From positions 7,254,001-7,318,000 of the forward strand of contig CM120649.1 of assembly GCA_051362555.1 (NCBI GenBank): 64,000 bases of DNA, given 5' to 3'. Shown in pieces: positions 23,934 to 35,736 of this stretch. The translations under genes and the position numbers were made by a program. Each line of letters starts with the position of its first letter. The first letter of the stretch is position 1. This stretch comes from Lingula anatina (Eukaryota; Animalia; Brachiopoda). The notes beneath the pieces are model-generated. The model was not told the origin of the DNA and made no database searches. It worked only from the letters and a program-made list of their open reading frames with translations.

Positions 23934-25117
23934 CAGGGTTACTACTTAATATGGCATATTTTTTATCATTGTTATTTTTGAGTGCTGATAAATTTTTTGG
24001 GCTTGATTCATCAAAACAGTATGTCATTGAGTGATAAAAATATCCAGTCTTCTATTGTGAGATATTTTGGTCAATAATATCAAAGCTGACATAAGATGTC
24101 ATTCAAAGGAAAAGAACACCCCCAGAAAATCACATAAACAGTTTGATGTCAGTATTAACTTTAAGCTAAAATATTAAAGAAAATAATAGCCTCCGGACAG
24201 TGATATGTTACACAGTCAAAGAACTCATTACAGTTAATCATGAAAAGTCATCAATAGCGGGTATGACCTCCAGCAGCCGCTTGCAGCGCCCCCATCCTAT
24301 ATGGCAAAGCATGTGACAAGTTTTTTTTAGAGTTTGGATGGGGATATCATTCCACGCGGTGATATTTGCCTGTCGCAGTTCATCACTATTTATCGGCCTA
24401 TGACCATGGCTATTAATTCAGTGAGTTACTTCCGCCCACAAATTTTCAATTGGGTTCATATCTGGGGAGATTGCAGGCCAGGGCAGTTGCTGAACTGCGA
24501 TGCTGAGCTCGATGTGGGGTTGCGCAGTCGTCTTGGTACTTAAAGTTGTTCCTGAAGATGATTCTTACAAATCGAAGCATGGTTTGCTGTAGAATGTGTC
24601 TGTAGGAATCCTGGCTTAGGTTGCCTCCCAGAAAAACCAAGTGGTTCTGGGCACCGGCATGAAATGCTCCCCAAACAGAGACGTTACCACCCTCTGCTTG
24701 CACCCTAGGCAGTACACAATCATCATTTTATGCCTCTCATACACGCGTACAACTCTCGCGTACACGGATTCGACCGTCAACCCTAAAAAATCCATATCTG
24801 GTCTCATCACTGAAAACAACGTGATTCCAGTGTTTTGGCTGCAAACGCACATGGTCCCCAGCCCTAAGATTGACCAAACCTATGCGTTTTTATACAAGGG
24901 CAGAAATTGTCGAAAAGACCACCCCTCACATTTCTGACCACAGAACATGCAACTGCATGCAACAATTTTCTACAGTTGTGTGGTAATTAGATAACACACC
25001 TGGCTACACATGGAGTGATTTCTCAGTTTTGGATTTAAAATAGTTAGAGAGTAAATAAATATTTTGTAGAAAATTTACTCGCCAAAAAATAATATTCCAT
25101 ATTAAGTAGTAACCCTG
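23934..25117 (-). mobile_element. Internally deleted or degenerate Tc1-like transposon with both TIRs
   Basis: TIR CAGGGTTACTACTTAATATGG / CCATATTAAGTAGTAACCCTG with TA flanks; fragments GGNVSVWGAF...YRHIL...YQDDCATPHRA. Confidence 0.9.
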
Positions 25118-25550
25118 TATATATAGGACATCACCCTTCAATATGTGCACGAGGGTGGGTGGGGGTGGGGGGGGGAGGGGGTCAGGCGAAAGGGGTACTT
25201 TTGTTTCGTTATGCTTGATATTCAATATTTGGTTATAGTATTTATATATAATATAGCATAACTATAGTGCTGGTATGCATATCTAAATTATCGTCTTAGC
25301 TGGATGTAATTTATTTCGTATGTACGTCAAAACTGTCTGATGTTACACAATTCTTATGCACCCTGTACAGATAAATCATTTTGGTGAGAAATGTATAACA
25401 CCTTAGTTTCACAAAGGAACAGTGTACCCATGTGTATAGTGAAAAGGTCTCCCAAAAGCCAAGATGATGGTAATATAAACAGGGGACACGGTGGTTTTGG
25501 CGGCAATGTAGACCTGGACTAGAATAAGTTGCAATAATTTACTTACACTG

Positions 25551-25554
<4 letters not shown>

Positions 25555-25611
<57 letters not shown>
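25555..25611. repeat. (TA)n microsatellite
   Basis: Direct reading. Confidence 0.95.
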
Positions 25612-25613
<2 letters not shown>

Positions 25614-26391
25614 AGATTTACATTTATGATAATTAATGTACTGTTGAATCGTGGGCTTAATCAATATTATTATTTTGTTTTTTATTTTTATTCATATCTG
25701 TTCATAAGTAATTGCATACCCTATATCATATCTTGATGACTTTAGAGTATAGCTCATACCCCTCAGTATGTCTTCTCTTGCTATTGTAGCAAAGAGTTTT
25801 GATCAACTTAGTACAAACGTCATATTTTTATGGTATTCTTTCTAACTTGTCTATTGTCTCTGAATGTCAATTATTGCAGTTTTTATTTTGTCACGGATGA
25901 AGTCACTTTTAATATACATGAAACATAGAGGTTTGTAATGTACAAAATCTTCGTTTTGAATAAAACTAGAAACATGCACATAAAGAGTGCCTATTTGTGA
26001 GTTACTGATGTCGGTATGTTTCCGAAATGGAATTAAGAAAAGGAAAGAAAATATGACTCCATGCGTACAAACACAAACACAATCACACATCGGCGTATGA
26101 AGAAATGCATGTTGGGTCTGACGACAATTTTTCTCATTTTTTCCACTGCAAATAAACATTGAAAATTCCCAGTAGTTGACTACAGATAATGCCTCGTTTA
26201 ATTAAGATCTGATGTAAACGCTGCATGCCTGCTCACCCCACTGGTAGCTTGATTACTGAGCTATTGAATTGGTGTGCTTGCAAGTGAATCAGAAGTTTGA
26301 CGTGATTATAGGAAGACAAAGGAAAAAAATGAACATAACCTTGCATTATATTGCAACAAATTTTTGCTTCATAATTATTCTACATACAGAC

Positions 26392-26615
26392 CAGGGGCGG
26401 ATCCAGGATTACTAGAAGGGGGGTCCGCGAAGCGAAGTCGACCCCCGCCCTCTATTTTTGAGGGCGAACGGTGCCATTTGGTACGGTTAAAAACTATGAT
26501 TCAGTTACTCAAAATTCTAATCTCAAGAGGGGACCATTGGTGTGTTTTTTTTTCAGAAATCGAAGGGGGGGGGGTTCAGGACCCCCCCCTGACACCGCCC
26601 CTTAATCAGCTACTG
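26392..26615. mobile_element. Short MITE, hAT-like CAGGGGCGGATCCAG type
   Basis: CAGGGGCGGATCCAG start, degenerate TAATCAGCTACTG end, internal G/C runs, flanked by near-direct repeat ACATACAGAC / ACATACTGAC. Confidence 0.55.
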
Positions 26616-26886
26616 ACATACTGACATAGAAAAGCAGTCTGTCTTGTAATGTGGCGCGCAGCATTGCCTTTCAATATCCCGCTAGCAGGTTGAGAGAAGT
26701 GTCTACATATGGTTACTTTATGCCATACAGAGAATGCACAGACAGGGACAACACAACAAACTGTGCAACCAACTTGCTTATCTTTAACAGACTTTTCAAA
26801 TAATCGAGATCCAGTATATTTGAGAGGGATGGGGACATTATCGTTTCAATTTGATGTGAGTCAGTTTTAAGTGGTAAAACCCTCAC

Positions 26887-27085
26887 CCTTCGCCACAATA
26901 GGCAAGGTGACACTCAGCAACTGGTGGTAGATAATACAGGAAATAATCCACGCAGTTTCGCACTTGAACATCCAAAGACCAATTGCAGCGCAATCGCTTC
27001 CCCAGTTTGCGCATGCTTGACGGTCGACCGCGCCATCTTCCGGGGCAGGGTTAGAGCCGTCTATCCACACTGAGGCGTGTTCTCC
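26887..27085 (-). pseudogene. Frameshifted D8C (uromodulin/GP2/OIT3-type) domain exon
   Basis: GEHASVWIDGSNPAPEDGAVDRQACANWGSDC(+2 nt at about 26988)CNWSLDVQVRNCVDYFLYYLPPVAECHLAYCGE, then a GTGAG donor; Cys/Trp spacing matches D8C. Confidence 0.85.
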
Positions 27086-27088
27086 TAG

Positions 27089-27862
27089 TCAATAACCGAC
27101 ACTGCATAACATTAATAATAAAACAACACAAACAACATATAAAGTGCATATGGACGCAGTTAGCGCACGAGTCGAAAACAAAGAACGGGAATAAGTTTTA
27201 AAGACCCAATTTTTTACTAAAAATAATCTGTCAGATAAATTATCTTTCACATAGCTATCTTTAGCCGTTTCCAATCTCCACCTTCCATGTCTTTTAAATA
27301 ACCTGTCTGGAACACCAGCTCTTGCGGCAGCAGTAGCACCACCCGCTCTCAAACTATGTAAACCAAATTGTTTTATATCTTTAACAAGAGGAGAAAAAGA
27401 GGAAATAAATAATTCTCTCATTCTAGTATATGAAATAGGCTTATCGTCATCTCTAAAACGATAACCATTGAAGTGCTTGCTGACAGATCTGAAAAGATAC
27501 AAATCCGAATGCTCACGATTCGCATAAGAGAACAATCGCTCTGAATTTTTAACAGGACAAAGCTTTGAATAAGTTCTAGCAATAACCATATGAGAACCAT
27601 CTCTATAGATGTTCATTTTACTCTTTTCAATAAAAATCGACATGTATGAATCATAAAACGAAACATCGCTAATCCTTAAATTTAACAGCTCTGAAACTCT
27701 AAGAAAGCCTGCATAAGAAAGCAAGCAAGCACATATAGTACGTTGAGAATACACATTCCCTTTTTCAAAATTTGCATCAAACATTTTTTCCAAAATATCT
27801 GGAGATATGGGCTCCTTTTTGCAAACTGGCTGTGACTTGCGCCTCTTAATACCTTCCAACAC
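27089..27862 (-). CDS. Tyrosine recombinase catalytic domain of the DIRS element (N-terminal part frameshifted, C-terminus runs into flank)
   Basis: Catalytic set present: LRVSE, K, HSLR, HGRW, Y. Confidence 0.8.
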   Translation of the reverse strand: MLEGIKRRKSQPVCKKEPISPDILEKMFDANFEKGNVYSQRTICACLLSYAGFLRVSELLNLRISDVSFYDSYMSIFIEKSKMNIYRDGSHMVIARTYSKLCPVKNSERLFSYANREHSDLYLFRSVSKHFNGYRFRDDDKPISYTRMRELFISSFSPLVKDIKQFGLHSLRAGGATAAARAGVPDRLFKRHGRWRLETAKDSYVKDNLSDRLFLVKNWVFKTYSRSLFSTRALTASICTLYVVCVVLLLMLCSVGY

Positions 27863-30440
27863 ATTTTTACTAAACTAGAGTCTGTAGGAGACTCTGCGCT
27901 TATAATGGCATGAGCCCATTTAAGCCTGTAAAAAGCCTGATAAACAGGACTAGAAGAATTGGACTGTTCTGCTAAGCACTACAAGTACAAAGCAACATAA
28001 AAACCTTTTGCCGGAAAATTCTCTTGAATGCCGTTCTTCTTCGCCCATAATTTCTATCGCATGAAAGCTGAATGATAACCCTTCACTGTGTTCGATGACC
28101 GACTCAGATAAAAATCCAGCAACCAATGGCATTTTACCAGCCAACTCGTCAGGAAGCTCAGAAATGTCATCCTTATAAGCCTGCAAAAACAAATGTAGAA
28201 AACAAAAAACAATTAGTAATTTAAAATCCCTTCCATTTTATTAAGAAAAATCAAATCTAACTGCCAGCATTTTAAACGGCAAATCCACTCTACCAAACAA
28301 GCCTCCTGCTTTTCCAGGAACATAAGTTTTTTCTCTCGGTAACTCTACTTATGCTACAGCTTCCTTTATAAATCACCCGCCTTTAGATAATAAAGGCCAA
28401 AAACTAGCTGAGTGCCAGCAAGGTAAAATCACCGTGCCGCTAGCCTTGCATTGTCTTAAATACAATATAACTCTAGATAATACACACACCGGGGGCACAA
28501 ACCAACCAATCACACCACCCCAATGAACAGTAAATGCATCAGTGCCCACTGCACCTGGAGTCCAATATCTAGAATAAAAAACTGGCAATTTATTGTAATG
28601 ATCGGAGTAAAAAAAGTCAATTTCATGCGGCCCCCAGACTGATTCTAAATGATCGAAAATACTATCTGCCACCGCCCAATCATCATAGTCTACTAATCTA
28701 TTATTCCACATTCCATGCGAAATCTCCAAAGTGTTTTCCACCATATATCCACGATAACCAGTTCCACTAGCGTCACTGTAAATAATGGAATGCACAGCTT
28801 GATCAATTATAAAATCCCTTACAGAAATCTTGCATACAATATATTCCCAAAATTCCATTTGCTTCATACTGTTTCTGCTCAAACAATTTGTTCATTCCAA
28901 AATTTAGCTTTAGAAATATCAAAAACCATATTGCCAGTAACAAAAGACGTAGAAATGATCTGACCTACTAAACTAGCAACTAAACGCACATGAACGCTGC
29001 CTTCTCTTCTAAACAGAGAACGGATATCTGTCTTAGTCTGACGAATTTAAAGAAGTCTGTAATCAGGAATGCATATAGTGCCTTTCTCTAAATTCAAATT
29101 ATACCCTAAAAATAAAATCTCAGTACTAGGAGACCACATTGATTTTTTAACTTTAGGAACAAACCCGCTGTTGATAAGATCTTGCTTAATTTCTAAAGCA
29201 ATATTCTTACATTCTCTGTACTGCGAATGACAACCAAAACCATCATCTAAATACATGACCCCTTTTTCGCCCTATCCTCGCCACTTTTTAAGCAGCGGCC
29301 TGGTCACTTTAGTAAAAATGTAGCATGCCGAACTAAAACAAAAATCTGTCTTAAATAAAACATTGCAGTACGAATATCTTCTAATCTTACTGAAGATTTC
29401 CAAAGATGTTTATTAACATGCCGCAAATCTAACATTAAACGCTTTTTACCGCTTCTGCTAATGGTCACTGTAAGCGGGTTAACTACAACAGGTATATCTG
29501 AGCACTCACTAATAAGGCCTCTGACCAACAAATCTTGTATTGCCTGCTCAACAAATGCACTATGCAAAATAGCATTGTTATCCAAATGAACTGGTGCGGG
29601 TATAGAGAAAAAAGGAAGCTTGTATCCATTTTCTAAAAGATCAAGAATAAACTCATATCTGCCAATACTTAAAAAAAAAACGCTAATTTACTTCTTAGCC
29701 TGCCTTTAACACCAATATGTACATTGCCTTGCTCGTACTCAAAATAATCGTCAGTAAAATTGATTTATCATATTTCACATCACAACAATACTTATCTTTG
29801 ACAAAATCATGGGCAATTGGCTTTTGAGAATCCTGGTGCACTTCCTGGTGCTTTAGTGAAGGGACAATCTCTCCTCCAATGGCCAAAGGGCCCACACTCA
29901 AAACACGACCCGCTCCTTCCTTGTCCGAAGGGGCTGACAGCGGAAGAGGTGGCTGCTGGCATGAAAGAACCTGGATTGACTGCTTCCAAGAAAAAGAGGC
30001 TGGGCGCAGTAAACAGGATCAGTACTACTAACGTTAGAATTGCTGGAGCCATGACCTCCCTTCGAAATAGGTTTGTTCAATTTACGCTTTTTCAATGCCT
30101 TGCTTTCCGCTCTGTTGATTTTCTTTTCATCCCTAGAGTCACTGTTCTTTAACTTATCAGAAATAGTAAAGACAACTTCTTTAGCGTAATCAGGCTTGCT
30201 GTTGACTACTACCCAAAATACCTGCATCAATAGCTCTTCAAACTCAGTGTTGAAATCAAACTGAATGCGGTTGCCTTCTTGGCGCCATTTGGTGGAAACC
30301 TCGGTCTTAATCTTTTTTAACTTTGTCAGAATAACCATGTACTTTGCTCTTTAAGCTTTCCAACTCAGAAGTTACTTGAGCCTTAAGGTCTTTTAACGAT
30401 TCCGCCTGCGACTGCACAGTATTTGTTTTAGGGAAACGGC
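27089..30440 (-). mobile_element. Degenerate DIRS-order tyrosine-recombinase retrotransposon (gag - RT - RNase H - methyltransferase-like - YR)
   Basis: Zinc knuckle CFECGPFGHWRRDC; RT VVVNPLTV..KKRLMLDLRHVNK and YLDDG; RNase H YSDASGTG; MT-like DDW...WGPHEIDFF...FYSRYW.PG..GTDAF; YR FLRVSEL/HSLRAGGA/HGRW/SYVK. Multiple frameshifts and deletions; termini not seen. Confidence 0.93.
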
Positions 30441-30953
30441 TGAAAGCATTTTATTTAAATATATATATATAGATAAAAATTTACAATAATGACAGTAATA
30501 ATAAATAATAATGACGGTAGTGAACAGTTATTTGAGGAAGCAGAAATTGTGTTTATACCTGGTCGAGAGTATTGTTTAAACTTCCAGCAAAGCTGGTCAA
30601 AAATACTAAGAGATACCTTCCACACAGATTTAAACACACCATTTTCATGCTTAATGTATGACAGGTGTAATGCAAGAAAAAGTAATCCTCGCATCCTTCC
30701 TAGTATGTCCTGTCGGTAAAGTTCACTTTTCCTATCTGGTGTCAGTTGGGGTCTATTATTCTTTCATTGGTATTTAAACCCTTTTCATATCATAAATCAA
30801 AATGATGGCATCCCGACTGGCATTACAGTGTAGATGGAGATACCTTGCACACCAACACCACTCGAGTGATAACTTTTTAAAATTGTCCAGGTAAGCCGTG
30901 AACGCTCTGTCTTGTTTAATGGTGTGACTTTAAAGGGATTTAAACTGTATTGA

Positions 30954-31530
30954 TTATCCCCGCACTTTTGGGACAAAAATCGGGGATCATGTTATCCCGC
31001 CCGTCCGTGCGTCTGTGCGTCCGTGCGTCCGTGAATCTGTGTGTCAGTAATTTCCGCTATCTCCTCCTAGAGCATTAGAGATGGGAAATTGAAACTATGG
31101 GAATTGGAAGACCCACCACCAGGGATGTGCATTTGCACATTGGAATTTAAGCACCACAGGGGGGTTGGGCTGTCCCCGGGGGGTGGTTGATTCTAAATTC
31201 TTATGACATTGCAAATTCTGCTATCTCCTCCTAGACCATTGCAGGTAGGAAGTTGAAACTTTGGTGATTAGTATACCCATCATCAGAAATGTGCATGGGC
31301 ACTTTTGAATTTTAGTGTAACAGGGGGTTGGGCTGGGGGTTGGTTGATTCTGAATTCTTTAAACATTGTAGATTTTTTTACATTAATATTTTTAAATACC
31401 TTTGGATGAAGCAGTGATGTGTGTGTATGTGTGTGCGTACGTGCGTGTGTGGTAAGTGGTCCCTAGGTGTGAGGTGTTCTATGGGGAATTGCGGGGATAT
31501 GCGATGGCTACCCATCGACACCATCTAGTT
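30954..31530. mobile_element. HINE-like non-autonomous element with internal tandem repeats
   Basis: SubTIR ATCCCCGCA / TGCGGGGAT, (GTCC/GTGC)n tract, two copies of an about 164-bp unit starting GCTATCTCCTCCTAGA, CTAGTT end. Confidence 0.75.
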
Positions 31531-33063
31531 TCAAATGCAATATGCTTGATAAGTGTAGGCTGGTTTAGCAGTTTTGGCATTAAGGGATTACTAGGCATCT
31601 CAATCGACGCGGGTGGCCGGGGGTCACATGAAAACTGCCAGCGACAAGTTGGGCTTAATGTTATATAGAAATTATTCTAGGTATCTTCTCTTTTTAATCT
31701 TTAACTTACTCCTAAGTACCCTGAAAGTCTGTCTCAAGGAACCACAATCGGCATATTAATTAGTATTATTTTTTGTGTGTAAACATACAATTTCTATACC
31801 GAGAGCATGGTGGCAATTTTTAACTGGATTATCATGATAAAAAGTGCTTACCCCATCTATTTTGTTTTGTGAATATAATCCCGAGATATTTTATCACTTG
31901 AACTACGCTCAGTAAATGCTAACACAGGTGTAAGGTCATTGGCAATGATGGTATTTTTTAATTATACCTCAAAACACAAATGATAAATGTATTCATTAAA
32001 TTATAGCGACACTAAGGTGTGAAGCACATTAATATGTAAGGTATATTTTGACAGTGCGCAACAATAAATTTCAATAGAATAAACGATCTGTGCAAAGATC
32101 AAGCTAGCATTCTTATATCTCACATATACTAATCTCATAATAAGTTGATTTGCTTCACAAAATTAATTAAATTAATTAATAAAATTAAGTAACTAGTTAT
32201 TCTAAAAATGTGCCACGCAAAAATTAAGTAACAGTTCTTGGTGATGTTTATTGTACTTCCAAATTATTTTCACAAAGACGTTTATCTCGTTGACATTTGG
32301 CAAGGTTTGTGACACTACAGTAGTAGACGGCAGATTTCATAAACAATTAATGGCAATAAGTTTAGATTGTTGGGAACACCGATACAATACAATTGTAAAG
32401 AAAAACAGATACTCAGAAAAAAGTTTCTTTTCCCGCTGACTTGGATGGTCATAATTATGAAAAAATAATTGTAATTGGTCACCAGCCCGATTAAAAATTG
32501 AACTGTTCTTTTACCGAGAAAAAAAGTCTTGTAAAGTAAACGGGTCATTCCTGCCCAAAAAGATGTTTTCTACCGATAATAAAAGGTGCAGCTCCAGAAC
32601 TTCAATGTACCGCAAGATGTTTAGATTTCCATGCACGCTTTGACACGTTGTTTAGAACAACTAACACAACCGAAACATAAACATCTCAGAAGAAGAAGAA
32701 GAAGAAAAAAAAGAAAACGTGTTACCTTGCCTGGAAGAAACTTGGAGGAACTTAAGAGTGTTTCCGACAGCAACAGAGCACACTGCAGACCCGCAGTTTT
32801 CAACCATTATTATTATTGAGCAAAAATGTTCATTAGCTTGGTTGTTGGATATACGTGAAAATTCTCAAACACAAGCCTAAAATTTTCCGTACCGTTAGCT
32901 TACGGCCAACCTGGTCGAAGGCCTTCATCAGACTGACGTGAGTAGTTGTTCACACTCACTGACCGCTAGGGACCCTCTTATAAATGTCAGGTAGATCAAC
33001 CCCCCCTCCCACCACCCCCGTCCCTATTCATGAGTGGCTAGTGTCGGCTGATGTTGATAGCCT

Positions 33064-33098
<35 letters not shown>

Positions 33099-35532
33099 CT
33101 CACAATAGCTTTAAAGCATGGTATCTTTATATTAAAATTGGCCACGCAGAAATACGACATGTGACTGTTGAAATAAATACATTTTTATCTTAGATTTCCA
33201 TGTATGATCGCTGTAGAGTAAAACATTTACAGATGCAAGACCAACATTTACAGATGCAAGTCCTACATTAAATTGGAGTACTGTTGTCCTAAACAAAGGC
33301 ACGGTGTCCGTTTGCATACAGGGCATTGAGAATTAAACGGTAAGTGCTGATTGGTTTTTGCGAGTATCGTATCCCATGTGTGTTTGATTTCTCGTGTGAA
33401 ACTGCTGTATCAAAGATATTTCCAAAAGGCTCGTTCTTTGATGTCAAACTTTAAAGCGATTTATAACTACCAGCATGCTCTTACTCAATTTGGAGACAGA
33501 CATTTTGGTGACTAAGTCAGACTGGGGAGTCATGTGCTACTTTGTTTGTTTGTTTTTGAAAAGTGGTCTGAGTCTGAGAGACGTTTGTCCAGTTGGCATC
33601 ATCGTTGAAATACTAGTAATCGGTGAGTGGTTATTGTTCACTGTATGCATTTGAATGCTTCTACATCTTCAGAATGTGTACGCATTCGGTGATGTTTTTC
33701 TTCATGTATAGTTGCCACACTGGTATTGACTTTTACTTTATTTGTTATGCGAGGTAGAAACTATAAAACCTTATGCTCTGTCATACTCTTTATTTACTGC
33801 TTTCCAGTTTCGTTTTCTCCATTTGCTCTCTTTCTCTCTACCCCATTCAATCTCTTACGGTGTTCCGTTGTTTACATTAAATACCGCTGCTTAAAGGGAT
33901 AACGCCTGTTCATTTTGGCCAAAATGGATTTCCATGGGGTAAAAATTTTTCCCATACTAACTGAGCACAAATGGTTAATGAAAGGGTGCCTACATTCAAA
34001 GAAAGCCCCTGGTTAAACAAATATTTTTATTGTAAAAATCTCCTAAGAGATTTATAACGGACCAGTAAGGAAGACAGAGAATCATCGTTGGATATGGAAT
34101 GCTGTTTATTCACGCAGTGTACAGAACTGTTAGTGGGTACTGAGCTGTACTAAACTGAACTGAACTGAATTGTTGAAAACTAGAGAAAAAGAAAATAATA
34201 CAGTGAAACACCAAGAGAAAATAAAACCAGCTAAAGATACGTACTACCAAATGTATTAAATAAATTAACAAAATTATTCCAGCTTTAATTATGTGTTCTT
34301 GTCTAAAAAATTAATCCATACATAAATTATACTTCATTTGTCATTTAACTACAAAGACTTACACTAAACAATATCCATACTCGTTATCCGCTACCAACTG
34401 GCTGCCCAGAGACGGTCATGACCTCAGCTGTTACTGCAATTTATTGATAACGTAAAAATACTTGATTACAGACGATAGTCATCTTTGGAGGTCAGGTGGT
34501 CCGATACCAAGCACCAATTCCAGAATAATTGAGATCACCACTGTTTTGGTGGTAAAATATAATTTATAATATTTGTATGAGTTGTTTACAATGTTATCTC
34601 TTTAAGTATCGTTATTATGAGGACATGTAAATCAAGTTAATGAACCGCTCTTCTCTCCTTATCCATTCATGGCTGTCATTTACTATCATTACGTAATAAA
34701 GGGTGGAATTTGGGATGGGGTGATATATTTTGAATATTTATAAATTCACGCAAGAATATCCGTGCATCCGAGTCTTATAGATTTTGCTGGTCGAATGGAA
34801 ATTACAATTTAGATGCGGCATCCTCGGAGGCGCCATATATGTACTAGCACGTACATGTGTATGAATCAATACAAACAAGCATATATGCATCTAACAGCCA
34901 AACATGACAGTGTCTTTGAGTGATAGCTTTGAGGGTGTTTTTTGAAGGGGATAATGGATGAACAAATCATTTGAACAAACGTTTTTCTGTTTATCCTTTG
35001 AAGATACTTTCTGCTACCAGTATATTTTAATGTGACTTGTGTAGACTGCATCAAAGAAACGATCAGTTTTACAGACAGCAACTTAAATGTATATAAGCTA
35101 CGTATTATATGCACAGGTCTAGCAGTTTCAGGAGCGTTAACAACCGGTAAGAAACAATGCATATTGACGGTTTTAGCGAATGACGAAGAGAGAGCATACA
35201 GTATCTTGTCTACTCCGTTTGCATATAACCAGTTATAATAAGATATTTCATCAGTACACAGCTTTTTAAAAGCAGCCAAATGAGAATCGCGTTATCATTT
35301 CTATCAATGTCTAAGTCGCTATCTAAAAGATAACGCGTTATTTTCAAATTTCAGGAGATGTTTGGTTATCTAGTTACCATACTGGTTTCAATCTTTCTGA
35401 CGGCGGTTGTCGTCCAAGAATCTGAGGCGGTGTGTTGTTCCTCAGGAGCCTCGCTCCGCTGGTGTGTGGACTGTACCAGGGTAAGATGAATTATATCTGT
35501 TACGGCACGTAAAGGACTGAGACAAAAACTGG

Positions 35533-35736
35533 GATCGACCTAACTCCCTGGGGGTTCACGCTAAATTGCTATCAGCTCAAGAGGTTTAAATGTCTGTCAC
35601 GCCTACCGAATCAGCTAGGGTAAAGATAATTACCCCCTAACAGCTTTACTAGGCGTGACAGACATTTAAGTTGATCGCAATTTAGTGAGGCTCCCCAAGT
35701 AGATAGATCGATCCAAAAATCTGTGGGAATGGTCTC
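35533..35736. mobile_element. Foldback MITE, copy 1 (subfamily shared with the 62-kb copy)
   Basis: GATCGACCTAACTCCCTGGGGGTTCACGCTAAATTGC core; internal arms TTAAATGTCTGTCACGCCTA / TAGGCGTGACAGACATTTAA. Confidence 0.85.

Noticed and set aside
30658-30895. Possible plus-strand exons with GT donors
   Set aside because: Stops in the plausible frames and no recognisable domain.
32621-32819. Possible first exon or Arg/Lys-rich ORF
   Set aside because: Basic run derives from a (GAA)n/A tract; no linked downstream exon established.
34866-35279. 137-aa minus ORF and overlapping plus ORF
   Set aside because: Looks like decayed coding sequence but has no identifiable motif.
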